Positions 12,850 to 25,404 of a stretch of 64,000 bases of DNA are shown here, in pieces (the first letter of the stretch is position 1; the number at the start of each line of letters is the position of its first letter). Source of the stretch: Mustelus asterias (taxonomy: Eukaryota); the NCBI RefSeq assembly GCF_964213995.1, contig NW_027590275.1, positions 248,001 through 312,000 of the forward strand, read 5' to 3'. Position numbers and translations under genes: made by a program. Under the pieces are notes generated by a model, which worked only from the letters and a program-made list of their open reading frames with translations, was not told the DNA's origin and did no database searches.

Positions 12850-13445
12850 TGGGTAAGACTGCATTTACCCCGTTCCGATCTTTTCCTTCATATGCAGAAT
12901 ATCACCTGCAATGATTTCTCTTCCCACTTCTGTTTTGTTACCACCCAAATCGCCCAAGGATCTATCCTTGGCTCCCTCCAATTTTTCATCTACACCTTAT
13001 CCCTCAGTGGCATTATCTGAAAGCACAGTGTTAGTTTTCACATGTATACTGATAACACCCAGCTCTACCCCACCATCACCTCTCACAACCAATCCCCTGT
13101 TATTAAATTATTAGACTCCTTCTCCGACCTCTAGTACTGGCTAAGCAGAGAATTCCCCCAATTAAATATTTGGAAAACCAATGTTCCCACCCCAAATTCC
13201 GTTCCCAATCACTGACTCCATCTCCCCCACTGATCACTGTCCGACGTTGAAACAAACCCTCATAATCTTGGCACCTCATTAGACTCGGAAATGAGATTCT
13301 GACCACATATCTGTTCCTTCACCAAGATCACCTATTTCCAGCTGTGTAACATCACACATTGTTTGTAATATCTCAGCTCACCCGTACCTGAAACCCACAT
13401 CCATATTTTTGTTACATCTAGACTTGATAATTCAAGCACACTCCT
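12850..13445 (+). mobile_element. Degenerate L2-clade LINE RT fragment
   Basis: ccccaaggatctatccttggc-like (PQGSILG) and catgtatactgataacacccagctctac (MYTDNTQLY, matching the L2-type YADDTQLY motif). Confidence 0.7.
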
Positions 13446-13640
13446 GCAGCAGATTTCCTTCCCTGAAGGACATTAGTCAACCAAATAGGGTTTTATGACA
13501 AGCAACAATTAGATTGTTGATTGCAGATTCATATTGAATTCAAATTTCACAATCTGCCCTGCTGGGTTTTGAACCCAGGTCCCTCAAGCATTCCCCAGAG
13601 TCTCTGGATCACTAGCCCATGACGCCACTGCCTCCCCTCA
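13446..13640 (-). mobile_element. Second SINE family (tRNA head plus ggttcactaatgtccttcagggaaggaaatctgc-type core), partial
   Basis: gcagatttccttccctgaaggacattagt matches the reverse complement of 45240-45275. Confidence 0.7.
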
Positions 13641-13644
13641 TCAA

Positions 13645-13727
13645 TGTAAGGACTGGAATTTGAACGCATGCCTCTCGAGGAGACTGTGACCTGAACGCAG
13701 CACCTTCGATGACTTGGCCATCCTGAC
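13645..13727 (-). pseudogene. tRNA-Leu(CAG) pseudogene, point-mutated
   Basis: Reverse complement GTCAGGATGGCCAAGTCATCGAAGGTGCTGCGTTCAGGTCACAGTCTCC...; full 83 nt, many substitutions. Confidence 0.85.
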
Positions 13728-14089
13728 ACAGACTATGTATTTCACTCCTCTGCCACTTTCTTGTTCCCCTTTATTTCCCAGTCTCAATCTCTCAGGAGCT
13801 TATGTTCACTTTAGTCTCCCTCTTTATTTTTATATAGTTAAAGAAGCTCTTTCTGATCCTTTTTATATTACTTGTTCATTTATGTTTGTAGTTCATCTTC
13901 TCCCACGTTAGTATTTTTTTGGTCATCATTTGTTGGTTTTTGAAACTTCCCCAATGCTCTGTCTTCCCACTAATATATGAAACATCCTATGTTCGTCTTT
14001 CAGTTTAATGCAATCTTTAACTTCCTCGGTTAACCATGGTTGATTTATTCCCTTCCAGAATCCTTGTTTGTCACTGGTATATATCTTTG

Positions 14090-14500
14090 TTATAGAGGTT
14101 TACAGCATGGAAACAGGTGCTTTGGCCCAACTTGTCCATGGCGCCCCCTTTTTTAAAAAAACACCCCTAAGCTAGTCGTAATTGCCCGCATTTGGCCAAT
14201 TCCTCTATACCCATCTTACCCATGTAACTGTCTAAACACTTAAAAAGATAAAATTGTACCTGCCTCTACTACTACCTCTGGCAGCTTGTCCCAGACACTC
14301 ACCACCCTCTGTGAAAAAATTGCTCCTCTGGACACTTTTGTATCTCTCCCCTCTCACCTGAAACCTATTCCCTCGAGTTTTAGACTCCCCTACCTTTGGG
14401 AAAAGATATTGACTATCAAGCTGATCTATGCCCCTCATTATTTTCAAGACCCCTCTAAGATCACCCCTCAGCCTTCTACGTTTCAGAGAAAAAAGGCCCA
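14090..14500 (-). mobile_element. CR1 3' fragment
   Basis: LGLFSLKRRRLRGDL..KTRGNRF. Confidence 0.85.
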
Positions 14501-14654
14501 AGACAGTATGCACATATTGAATACAGTGTTACCTTTCAGATAAGTACTCTTGAATCAAGTTTATCTTAGTGGGAGGCCCAGCAACACCCCGCCATTGAAA
14601 TTCCAGGGCAGGGGGAGAAGAAGTGGAGGGCAAAGAGACATAAGATTCAGAATA

Positions 14655-14950
14655 AGATTCCCTGTCATGCTGAAGGAGGCCATTTGGCTCATTGAGCCTG
14701 CATCGACAACAATCCCAGCCGGGCCCTATCCCCGTAACCCCATTTGTTAACCCTGCTTGTCCCCCTGGCACTAGGAGGCAATTTAGCATGGCACATCTTT
14801 GAACTGTGGGAGGAAACCACAGCACCCAGAGGAAACTCATGCAGACATGGAGAGAACATGCAAATTCGACACAGTCACCCAAGACTGGAATTGAACCCGG
14901 GTCCCTGGTGCTGAGGTGTAGCAGTGCGAACCACTGTGCCACCATGTCCC
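14655..14950 (-). mobile_element. HE1/V-SINE, diverged
   Basis: V core and head in reverse complement. Confidence 0.8.
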
Positions 14951-15751
14951 CAAGGTAGAATAAGCCATGTAGACCTATATCTTCACAGAAGAGCAACTTG
15001 CTGATGTAAATAAAGTAAGGAGAAGCAACTTGCCATTAAAACATTCTGTAAATATTCTGATTTTCTTATATAGAGATCATCTTGAAATATGCAAACAATA
15101 TTGCAGTTTCACAAATCTATAAAAGCGGGAGTAACGATGAATCTAAGGGTGACTCTCCTTAGAGAGCTAGTTACAGTAGCTGTGGGAATCTTTTGCCAAT
15201 CAAGTTTAAAAAAAGGAAATTACAATTGTTTTAGCCCTTTATAGACACACTCCCACATTCTTGGAGAGATGCTGGAAAGGCAGAACTTGACCATGACACA
15301 ATCTGCACAAAGTGACTCCAGAAACACATTGAGTGTTTTTTGTGAGTCAAAAACTATTTTCATAATGTATGTCATTGCTGATCGATCGTCTTTTCTGCTA
15401 AATATCTTTTGCAGTCCAGTCTCGCCAACTCTGCTCTCATTCTTTTGCAATTACCCTTATTTACGTTGAACACAGTTGCTTCTGACCCAAGTTTGCACTC
15501 TCAAACTGAATGCTAAATTCCACCATGTCAAGTTCACTGTTTCCTAGCGGAGCTTTTACTCTGATTGTTTATGAAAGCTGTCTCATTACATATTACAATA
15601 TTCAAACTGGCCTGATTTCTGCTTGGATTCACAAAATATTCTTCATGGAAACTGTGCCGAATGCACTCTGAATTCTTCCTCATGGCTACCTCTGCAAACT
15701 TGATTGTCCGAATCCACAGGAAGATTAAAGTCGGCCACTGACAGGAAGTAC

Positions 15752-16972
15752 TAGACGACGAAGGATACTCTGTCCACCGTGTCCCGTGTTTGTCTTCTGA
15801 GGAGGTCGGTGCGGTTTTTCGCTGTGGCGCGTCGGAACTGTCGACCGATGAGTCGAGCGCCATATCCTGTTCTTGTGAGGGCATCTTTCAATGTCTGGAG
15901 GTATCCGTTGCGATCCTCCTCATCTGAGCAGATCCTGTGTATACGGGAGTTAAAAACCTCACCAACCTCCTCAGAAGACAAACACGAGACACGGTGGACA
16001 GAGTATCCTCCGTCGTCCAGTACTTCCCCGGAGCAGAGAAGTTACGGCATCTCCTCCGGAGCCTTCAACATGTCATTGATCAAGACGAACATCTCGCCAA
16101 GGCCACCCCACACCCCCACTTCTCGCCTTCAAACAACCGCACAACCTCAAACAGACCATTGTCCGCAGCAAACTACCCAGCCTTCAGGAGAACATTGACC
16201 ACGACACCACACAACCCTGCCACAGCAACCTCTGCAAGACGTCCTGGATTATCGACACGGATGCCATCATCTCACGTGAGTACACCGTCTACCAAGTACA
16301 CGGTACCTACTCTTGCAACTTGGCCAGCGTTGTCTACCTGATACATTGCAGGAAAGGATGTCCCGAGGCATGGTACATTGGGGAAACCATGCAGATGCTA
16401 CGACAACGGATGAATGAACACCGCTCGACAATCACCAGGCAAGACTGTTCTCTTCCTGTGGGGGAACACTTCAGCGGTCAGGGGCATTCACCTTCTGATC
16501 TTCGGGTAAGCGTTCTCCAAGGCGGTCTTCACGACACACGACAGCGCAGAGTCACTGAGCAGAAACTGATAGCCAAGTTCCGTACACATGAGGACGGCCT
16601 AAACCGGGATCTTGGATTTATGTCACACTATCAGTGACCCCCACTGCTTGCCTCCTGGACTTGCAGAATCTCACTGGCTGTCCTGTCTGCAGACAATGCA
16701 CATCTCTTTAACCTGTGCTTAATGCTCCCTCCACTCACATTGTCTGTATCTTTAAGACCTGGTTGGCTGGAGAGATTTACATTCTAATCAGTATTCTGTA
16801 ACTTGATTTTGTGTCTCTGTATGCCCTGTTTGAGAGCAGATATCCACTCCAGCTGACGAAGGAGCAGCGCTCCGAAAGCTAATTGCGGTTGCTACCAAAT
16901 AAACCTGTTGGACTTTAACCTGGTGTTGTTAAAACTCTTACTGTGATTACCCCAACGCCGGAATCTCCACAT
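15752..16972 (+). mobile_element. Penelope-like element 3' part (GIY-YIG endonuclease remnant and pseudo-LTR) with an inverted 5' segment at 15752-15945
   Basis: VVYLIHCRKGCPEAWYIGET..RQRMNEH..GEHFS..GLNRDLG; pLTR with ctgacgaaggagcagcgctccgaaagct and aataaacctgttggactttaacctgg. Confidence 0.92.
16845..16890 (+). ncRNA. Minimal hammerhead-ribozyme-like motif in the Penelope pLTR
   Basis: CTGACGA, stem II GGAGC/GCTCC, then GAAA and short palindromic AGCT; hammerheads are an established PLE feature; activity not shown. Confidence 0.65.
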
Positions 16973-16999
16973 TGTGTAATTACCACAGTTTGAATATGT

Positions 17000-17610
17000 G
17001 CTTTGTGCAGCATTGCCAATGTCTCTAATATGCATCAGGAAGAGCAGTATTCCTAACACCAACCCTCCTGGAATCCCACTTTAACCGACCTCCATTCCAA
17101 ATAAAAACATTTCCCACTGCTGTGTTTCCTGTCACTCAGTCAGTTTCCTATCCATGTTGCTGCTGTCCCTGTTATTCTATCAGCTCCAAATTTTACCACA
17201 AGTTTGCTGTGTGCCCCTTTATTTATAAAATGTTTTTTGGCAGTCCATGTTCACATTAACCACATTACCCTCATCAAACTTTTCTGTTACCCTCATTAAA
17301 ATCTGAAGCAAGTTAAATATGATCCCCCTTTAATAATTATGTATGTGTTTTCCTTAATGTACATTAGCACAAGTGAGTGTTAATTTAATCTCCAGTGTTT
17401 GGAGATTAAACCTCAAACCAGTTTAACCTCGTTGCTGAGGTTAAACTGATTGGATTTAGTTGCCTTATCCTCACAGCCTTTTCTGAAGAAGTGTGTTTAC
17501 CATTTGCAATTCTCCAGTCCTCTGGCACCACCCATATAACTCGCTCGGATAGAAAACTTTTAAACATTGCCTCTGCAATTTCCACCCTTTTTTCCCCTCA
17601 GTATCCATGC
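17000..17610 (-). mobile_element. Old CR1 RT fragment
   Basis: tttgcaattctccagtcctctggcacc (VPEDWRIAN in reverse); heavily degenerate. Confidence 0.6.
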
Positions 17611-18319
17611 TTGTGTCTTGTCCAGTCACAAGAACACAGGAAATAAGGGCAGACATTTACTATGTGGCTCATCAATAATGTTAAACCATTCAAAACAATT
17701 TTGATTTCTGTATCTTTATTGCCATACAGTGCAAAGCACAGAGGCACAGCATTAAAACAAGAACAGCAACATCATCAGACAATACATAGATAGAAATCAC
17801 ACTGTTTCTGACAAGTTTTCTAAAAGTCACTACATTTTCAGCATTCCCAACAAAATCATTTGAAATATCAGCAATTCTATTGGGGAGAAAACAAACTGTG
17901 ACTATTAAGATGTGAATCAAATTTCTGTAGTTTATACTGACGATCACCAAAACTATGGTAACTCCGAATAAAGAACTTTTCAAGCTTGGGTAATAAGGTT
18001 ATGTACTAATTTATAAATTTGAACTAAACCATAAATCAGCCTCTTGAAAGGTTGCAATCCAATAATTCCTAATCCCTCATAAAGTATTCTCCTCATGCCT
18101 TCCATTTTCCTGGTTACACAGCTTTCCACTCTTTCTATCAGCTGTATATCTTTTTGAAAGTGTGGGTTCCAAACTGTGGATGCAGACTCCAGGTGTGGGC
18201 ATACCAGCTGCTTATGGAGTTTCAGATCTTGGGATTGAACTCCACTTTACTCCTCACTCCCTTGATTCCCTGAGAAACCAAAATTTGTCTATCTCAGCCT
18301 TAATTGTCATAGACTGTCA

Positions 18320-18613
18320 TAACCTGCAGTGTAGATGGAGGCCATTTGATCCATTGAATCTGCACTGACTCTGACAGAGCATCCCACCCAGAACCTATCC
18401 CGGTAACCCCACATATTCTGCTAATCCCCCTAACCAATATATTTGGGACACTAACAGGCAGTTTAGCATGGTCAATCCACCTAACATTTGGAGAATGGAA
18501 GGAATCGCAAACATGGGGAGGACATGCAAACATTATACAGGCAATCAGCCAAGGTGGAATTGAACCCGGTTCCCTGGTGCTTTGAGGCAGCAATGCTAAC
18601 CACTGTGCCACCA
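18320..18613 (-). mobile_element. HE1/V-SINE, diverged
   Basis: Head tgctaaccactgtgccacc, V core and tail. Confidence 0.8.
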
Positions 18614-19024
18614 CTAGTGTATTCAACAATGGAGCATGTCAAAGGATCACAACCCAATGAGTGCAGAAATTTATTCTCATGTCAGTGCGAAATGATCTGA
18701 TCCTTACACTGAGCCAGCTTCCGCAATCTCCCAATGTCCACAAAATCAAACCCCTTCAGAATCTTGTATGTTTTAATGTTTTGCCTCTCATGCTTCTAAA
18801 TCACAGAGAATACAGACCCAGTTTACGAAGGGTCACATCATATGAAACCCTTTCACCCCCGTGGACCAATTTACTGACCCTTCGTTAGTGATTGAAGCAT
18901 AATGAGAAAACCCTTTCCCACAGCGAGTAGTTCAGCTCTGGGATGCATTGTCTGACAATGTGGTGATGCTGCTTCAAGTGAGGCATTCAGAAAGGAATTG
19001 GATTGTTAAAGTTACACCAGCAGA

Positions 19025-19310
19025 GTGGCACTGGTTAGCGCTGCTGCTTCACAGCGCCAGAGACCCATGCTCAATTCCTCCATGGCTGACTGTCTGTGTG
19101 GAGTTTGCACATTCTCCCTGTATCTGCATGGGTTTTCCCCAGGTGCTCCAGTTTCCTCCCAAAGACTAAAGATGTGCAGAATAAATAGATTAGACATGAT
19201 ATATTGCCCCTTAATGACCCAAGATGTGTAGGTTAAGAGGGTTAGCCATGGGAAAAGATGTTCTTCCAGCGAGTCAGTGCAGATGCAATGGGCAAATGGC
19301 CTCCTTTCTC
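19025..19310 (+). mobile_element. HE1/V-SINE, diverged
   Basis: ggttagcgctgctgcttcacagcgccag..ctgtgtggagtttgcacattctcc. Confidence 0.8.
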
Positions 19311-20392
19311 ACAATGGATTATGAGGGATCCAATGGACACTCAGTGCTTCCATTTGTGAAGCCAAGGATCCTATCCACTTTGCGAACGACTGTCCGAAAC
19401 TATCTCACTTTCAAATATCTCCCTGAACCTCACTCCCTCTGAGCCTGCACACTGTTTAGAACTGGACCATTCAGTTTATTTTGCCTCTCCCCATCTCTTC
19501 TGTGAAAAGGCAGCACTGTTCCTGAGTGTGGGATTAATAATGTGTCTCTTCCACAGTATCAGTGAGAACTGATACTGCAGCTTCTGTTTCTCCAAGAGAA
19601 TCTTTCTGGCTAAAGCCAGAATTTACAAGGATTTCTGTCACTGAGACATTGTCTGGCCGTCTGTGTCTCGCCGCCCTAACTCACTCTGTCTCTGTCTCTC
19701 CCTCCACCCACTCTCATCGAGTCTATGTGAAGGCGGAATATTGTTGTTTAGTGACTGAGTGCACACAATCTGTATCTTCATCTGATCAAATAGAATTCAG
19801 CTTGTGAACAATATCATCATTTCAACCAGTTCTGGGTTAAATCAGGCACAGCTCTGATTGGCTGCAGCCCCCTGAATCTGGGGAGCAGCACTGGCCTCAG
19901 AGGCTTTTACAGTTACTGAGCCGGGAAACTCCAACAAATCCCTGAGAATCCACAGCACAGAGCGAGAGGAAAGCCTGGCCTGGGAGCTGTCAATCTGAGA
20001 CACAGTTTGACCCTGTCAATGTGCAGATGTGAACCTGCTCCTTCCATTCCCAAACTGTTATAACCAAGAATACAGAACGCCCAGTAATGACCAGCTTGTT
20101 GCAATGTGTTTGAATGAACATGATGTGATATCATCGAAGCAGCATTTTGAAATATTCATTCAATGTATTCTGATTAAATGTATTTTTATGCTCTGTGTGC
20201 ATTCTTATGCCATTGCATAAGAATCTTCCTCTGACATGAGACCGTGTTTTGCCTTTGTGCCTTGATGCTGCTTTAAAAAAACATGTTCATGTTCTGAATT
20301 TTCTCATCGAACCATAGGAAGAATTATAGAAAAATAACAGCACAGAAGGAAGCCATTGAACCTATCCTGCCATGCCAGTCCAAGGACACAGC

Positions 20393-20880
20393 AAGAAATC
20401 TCACAACACCAGGTTAAAGTCCAACAGGTTTATTTTTTTAAATACTTTTCCAATTCAATCAAATCAAATCCAATTCAGAGTCTCAACAAGTTGAGACATT
20501 TCAGATCCAGGCTGACAAGACAGGGCGAGCGACCAAACCACCCTGTCCTGGGCCTGATCTACATGAGCCAAGCTGATTGGAGAAGGGGGAGGTTCCTCCT
20601 CCAAGACCTGAGCTCATTTGCATCTTAGCCAAAAGGCCGAGATGCCGCTTTTAAAAATTGCTTCATATGAATATGAAACATATGAAGCCTCAGCGTAACC
20701 TAATGACCTCGACCAAGTGCGGCCGACCATGGGCTGCCGTCCATACACTTGATCTTAGCCAAAAGGCCGAGGTTTATTTGGTAGTAAAAGCCACTAGCTT
20801 TCAGAGCGCTTGCAGCTCCTTCATCAGGTGAGTGGTATTCACGAACAGGGCATATAAAGACACAAATTCAATTTACAAAA
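20393..20880 (-). mobile_element. Penelope pLTR fragment split by the U2-headed element
   Basis: acaacaccaggttaaagtccaacaggtttattt | ggtagtaaaagccactagctttcagagcgc..ctccttcatcag. Confidence 0.85.
20436..20769 (-). mobile_element. U2-snRNA-headed short retroelement, copy A (TSD aggtttattt)
   Basis: U2 nt 8-35 at 20744-20771; second U2 stem-loop at 20622-20642; A tail; direct repeats at 20426-20435 and 20770-20779. Confidence 0.88.
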
Positions 20881-21033
20881 TAGTATGTCCTTTCCAAGCC
20901 CATCTTCCTGCACCCAGCCCGGAGCGATGCAGCTGAATGCATGATGGAGATCCAAATAATGCCAAATATTTGCGAGCCTTCTTCGAGTCAGTGGCTGCCC
21001 TGCAGCAGCGGAGCAAACATTTCAAATCACACC

Positions 21034-21111
21034 CGCTGCGCGCAGGGCTCGAACCTGCGCGGGGAAACCCCATTGGATTTCTCAACGCCTTAACCACTCG
21101 GCCATCGCAGC
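21034..21111 (-). pseudogene. tRNA-Ser gene with a 4-nt deletion in the anticodon arm
   Basis: GCTGCGATGGCCGAGTGGTTAAGGCGTTG^AGAAATCCAATGGGGTTTCCCCGCGCAGGTTCGAGCCCTGCGCGCAGCG; 78 nt instead of 82. Confidence 0.9.
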
Positions 21112-21432
21112 TGCTTATTTGCTGTTGTGATGTAACCGACTTAGCAACATTCACAGACCTTTATCAGGCACCGGAATGATGCAGAGCACAGCGGGCGAGC
21201 TGAAATTTGTTCGTCTCCTTTTAATTTGTATCTTTGTCTCTGATCCAGAACTCATTCACTAGTTCAGAGACTTGTTGTTCTTTTTCATTAACCTTTCATT
21301 AAAATCAAGTTGAACCCGAATTCTGCATCCGAAAAATAAAACGAAAGCATCAAGTCCACTTTATTTCATTGCAGTCAAATGTTGCGTTTAAACCACATGA
21401 GGGCGCTGATAATGTCCAATACACATTACCAA

Positions 21433-21504
21433 TGCGATGGCCGGGAATCGAACCCGGGTCAACTGCTTGGAAGGCAGCTATGCTCACCACGATACCACCA
21501 CCGC
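21433..21504 (-). tRNA. tRNA-Gly(TCC)
   Basis: GCGGTGGTGGTATCGTGGTGAGCATAGCTGCCTTCCAAGCAGTTGACCCGGGTTCGATTCCCGGCCATCGCA; cloverleaf intact, A14>C variant. Confidence 0.9.
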
Positions 21505-22254
21505 TCGCTCCGCTCATGTAATTGTTATTTTCATCAGTTATAATTACAAAACTACCTTAGCTTCTGATTTCAGCAGACAGAAGGTATGTCCTTGGGACAT
21601 TTTTTTTACCTGAACTTGGCTTGTCTCATTTTTCTGGACAGTTTTAGCCACCTTTTTGCGATTGCTTCTGACTGATAACTCTGATTAGATTTGCGGCCTG
21701 TTCTTTCATTTGAACAAAGTTTCCACTGAACGGAAATTGAAGCTGGATTTTATGTCAGAAACACATGGATGATGAGAATATTTGCTGATTTTTTTTAGAA
21801 CTTTCCCCCTTCTGTTCTGACTAAATAAGTCTAATTAAATAAGTCAACACTCTGAAGGTCAGGAACTGACCCTTGGTCAAATGCTCGCACAGTCACCACA
21901 ACACCACCTGGCTCTGTCACCCCCTCTGTATTTATAGAACGAAGCAATGAAGTGGCAGAGAAATCACAGCTGAGAGAATTCTGTAACCGACATTCCTGTT
22001 CTGGGAGTTTTACACTTTCCGATAGATCGGGGTGAGCAGGGTCGCCCAATCAGAAAGCAGATCCTTGGGACATGGAATTTGATTAATATCATGTTTTGCA
22101 ATCATGTTAATCGGTAAGGACCATGTTGATGTAATTTCACTCCAATCTGTGAAGGTTTGTTTGAATCGTGACCTTGTTGCACAACTTGCGTTCAGCCAGG
22201 AGATGGCAGCAGGGACCAATAATTTGGATTTGCTGTTTGTGTCAATAAATCTCG

Positions 22255-23645
22255 TCATAGAGGTTCACAGCATGGAAAAAAGCCCTTTGGCACAACATGT
22301 CCATGCCGCCCAAATTTTACCATTAAGTTCGTCCCTATTGCCCGTGTTTGGTCCATATCCCTCTATATCCATCTTACCCATGTAATTGTCTAAATTCCTT
22401 TTAAAAGACAAAATTGTACCCGTCTCTACTACCTCTGGCAACTCGTTCCACACACCACTCTCTGTGTGAAATAAATTGCCCTTCTGGACCCTTTTGTAAC
22501 CCTCCCCTCTCATCTTAAACCTATGTTCTCCAGTTTTAGACTCCCTTATTGCGGGAAAAAGCTGTTCACACGGATGATCCCAGGAATGGTAGGCCTGACA
22601 TACGATGAACGTCTGAGGATCGTGGGATTGTATTCGTTGGAGTTTAGGAGGTTGAGGGGAGATCTGATAGAAACTTACAAGATAATGAACGGCTTAGATA
22701 GGATGGACGTAGGGAAGTTGTTTCCATTAACAGGGGAGACTAGGACGCGGGGGCACAGCCTTAGAATAAAAGGGAGTCACTTTAGAACAGAGATGAGGAG
22801 AAATTTCTTCAGCCAGAGAGTGGTGGGTCTGTGGAATTCATTGCCACAGAGGGCTGTGGAGGCCGAGACGTTGAGCGTCTTCAAGACAGAAATTGATAAA
22901 TTCTTGATTTCTCGAGGAATTAAGGGCTATGGGGAGAGAGCGGGTAAATGGAGTTGAAATCAACCATGATTGAATGGTGGAGTGGACTCGATGGGCCGAA
23001 TGGCCTTACTTCCGCTCCTATGTCTTATGGTCTACTATCTACCTTATCTATTTCCTCATTATGATATAGGCCTCTTCATATCACCTCGAGGTCTCCTGCG
23101 CTCCAGGGGAAAAAAAGTTCCAGTCTATCCAGCCCCTCCTTATAACTCAAACCATCAAATCCTGGTGGCATCCTAATAAATCTTTTCTGCACTCTTTCTA
23201 GTTTATTAATATCCTTCCGATAATAGGGTGACCAGAACTCTACACAGTATTCCAAGTGTGGCCTTATGAATGTCTTGTACAATTTCACAAGATGTCCCAA
23301 CCCCCGTGTTCAATGTTCTGACCACTGAAACCAAGCATGTCAAATGCCTTCTTCACCACCCTGTCCACATGTGACTCCACTTTCAAGGAGTTATAAACCT
23401 GTACCCCGAGATCTCTTTGTTTTATAACTCACCCCAACGTCTTACCATGAACTGAATAGGTCCTGCCGTGGTTTAATCCACCAAAATACATCACCTTACA
23501 TTTATCTAAATCAAATTCCATCTGCCGTTCATCGGCCCACTGACTCAATTGATCAAGATCCCACTGCAATCCGAGGTAACCTTCTTCACTGTCCACTCTG
23601 CCACCAATCTTGGTGTCGTTTGCAAACATACTAACCATGCCTCCT
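22255..23645 (-). mobile_element. CR1 3' fragment interrupted by a younger plus-strand CR1
   Basis: LYKTFIRPHLEYCVEFWSP and FANDTKIGG on the minus strand. Confidence 0.85.
22562..23032 (+). mobile_element. Nested CR1 3' end
   Basis: FTRMIPGM..LRGDLIETYK..RVVGLWNSLP; 3' UTR gactcgatgggccgaatggcct. Confidence 0.9.
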
Positions 23646-23689
23646 AAAAAATGACGGGGTAGGATGAGTGACTTTGCGGATGGCATATA

Positions 23690-24590
23690 GATTGGCTGGG
23701 TGGTGAAAGGGAGGCTGAGTTTCTTAGTCTGCAAGAAGATATAGACAGGATAGTCAAACAGGCAGATAAGTGGCAGATGGAATTTAACCCCGAAAGATGT
23801 GAGGTAACACACTTTGGAAGGAATAATTTGGCAAGGAAGTATTCAATGAAGGGCATGGCACTTGGAAGTTCTGTGGAATAAAGGGACATTGGCGTGTTTG
23901 TCCATAATCTCTGAAGGTAGAAGGGTATGTTAGTAGGATGGTGAAAAAAAAACATATGGGGCACTTGCCTTTAACAATCGGGGCATCGATTGCAATAAAA
24001 TGTCATGTTGGAATTGCATAGAACTTTGGTGAGGCCACAGCTAGAGTACTGTGTGCAGTTTTGGTCGCCACAAGGTAGCAAGGATGTGATTGCACTGGAG
24101 GGGATGCAGAGGAAATTCACCATGATGCTGTCTGGGATGGAACATGTAAGTTATGAAGGGAGATTGGGGAGGCTTGGATTGTTTTCTTTAGATCAGAGAA
24201 TACTGAGGGGGGACCTGATTGAGGTGTACAAAATTATGAGGGCATCGACAGAGTGGACAGGAAGCAGCTGTTCCCCTTGGTTGAAGGGTCAGTAAAAAGA
24301 GGACATAGGTTCAATGTGAGGGGCAGGAAGTTTAGGGTGGATGTGCGGAAAAACATTTTTACCCAAGGGTAGTGATGGTCTGGAATGCGCTGCCTTGGAG
24401 GATGATAGAGGCAAGTTGCCTCACATCCTTTAAAAGTATGTGTTCAGCAATTGGCATATCATAACATTCAGGTCCTTGGGTCAAGTGCTGGTAGATGCGA
24501 TTCGATTGGAGGTCAGATGCTTCTTCCGTGTCAGAGCAGACTCGAAGGGCCGAAGAGCCTCTTCTGTACTGTATGATTCTTTTATTCTCT
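23690..24590 (+). mobile_element. CR1 3' fragment
   Basis: LVRPQLEYCVQFWSP; 3' UTR gactcgaagggccgaagagcct. Confidence 0.85.
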
Positions 24591-24839
24591 AAAAAAATTC
24601 ACACGAACCGGATCAATGTCAGCCATATTCCTTGCCAGTTCTCAGACAGGCACTGATTGGTTCGAAGTTTGTTTCATCTTTCAGGGTCCAGCTCAATTAA
24701 ATAAATGTATTTCTTATGTTCTGTGTGTCATTTATAAAAACCTTCCTCTGACATGAGACCTTGTTTTGTCTTTGTGCCCCTGTTGATGCCTTTGTCACTC
24801 TGCTCATGCTTTGATTTTCCTCATGGCACCTTAGAAAGA

Positions 24840-25107
24840 GTAAGAGTTTAAACAACACCAGGTTAAAGTCCAACAGGTTTAAAGATCTGGTTGGCTGTAG
24901 GGATTCACATTCTAATCAGTATTCTGTAACTTGATTTTGTGTCTCTGTGCCCTGTTTGAGAGCACATTTCCACTCCATCTGACAAAGGAGCAGCGCTCCG
25001 AAAGCTAATGGTATTTGCTACCAAATAAACCTGTTGGACTTTAACCTGGTGTTGTTAAAACTCTTACTGTGTTCACCCCAGTCCAACGCCGGCATCTCCA
25101 CATCATG
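24840..25107 (+). mobile_element. Solo Penelope pLTR with an inverted partial copy at its 5' end; 12-bp TSD accttagaaaga
   Basis: TSD at 24828-24839 and 25108-25119; 24841-24880 is the reverse complement of about 25027-25067; hammerhead-like ctgacaaaggagcagcgctccgaaagct. Confidence 0.88.
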
Positions 25108-25317
25108 ACCTTAGAAAGAACCAGAGAAATGTAACAGCACCGAAGGAACCCATTCGGCCTATCTTGTCCTTGCCAGACTGAGGACACTCAGGTGTCCTTT
25201 CCAAGCTCACCTTCCTGTTATGTAGCTGAAAGCATGCTGGAGATCCAAAGAATTCATTCCAAAAAAATAGGATTTGCAATTCTGTGGCTGCCTAAAGCAA
25301 ACATCTCCAATCACACT

Positions 25318-25399
25318 TGCTGACAGCAGGGTTCGAATCTGCATGGAGAAACCCCCTTGGGTTTCAAATCCAACGCCTTAACCACGCAGCCACGGCAGC
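25318..25399 (-). pseudogene. tRNA-Ser(TGA) pseudogene
   Basis: GCTGCCGTGGCTGCGTGGTTAAGGCGTTGGATTTGAAACCCAAGGGG..; full length, substitutions in the A and B boxes. Confidence 0.85.
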
Positions 25400-25404
25400 T
25401 GCTT

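Larger units (their letters stand above)
20173..21926 (+). repeat. Segmental duplication unit 1 (tRNA-Ser/tRNA-Gly module)
   Basis: Colinear with 24702-26474, e.g. cttcctctgacatgagacc and caggaactgacccttggtcaaatg..cgcacagtcacca. Confidence 0.9.
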
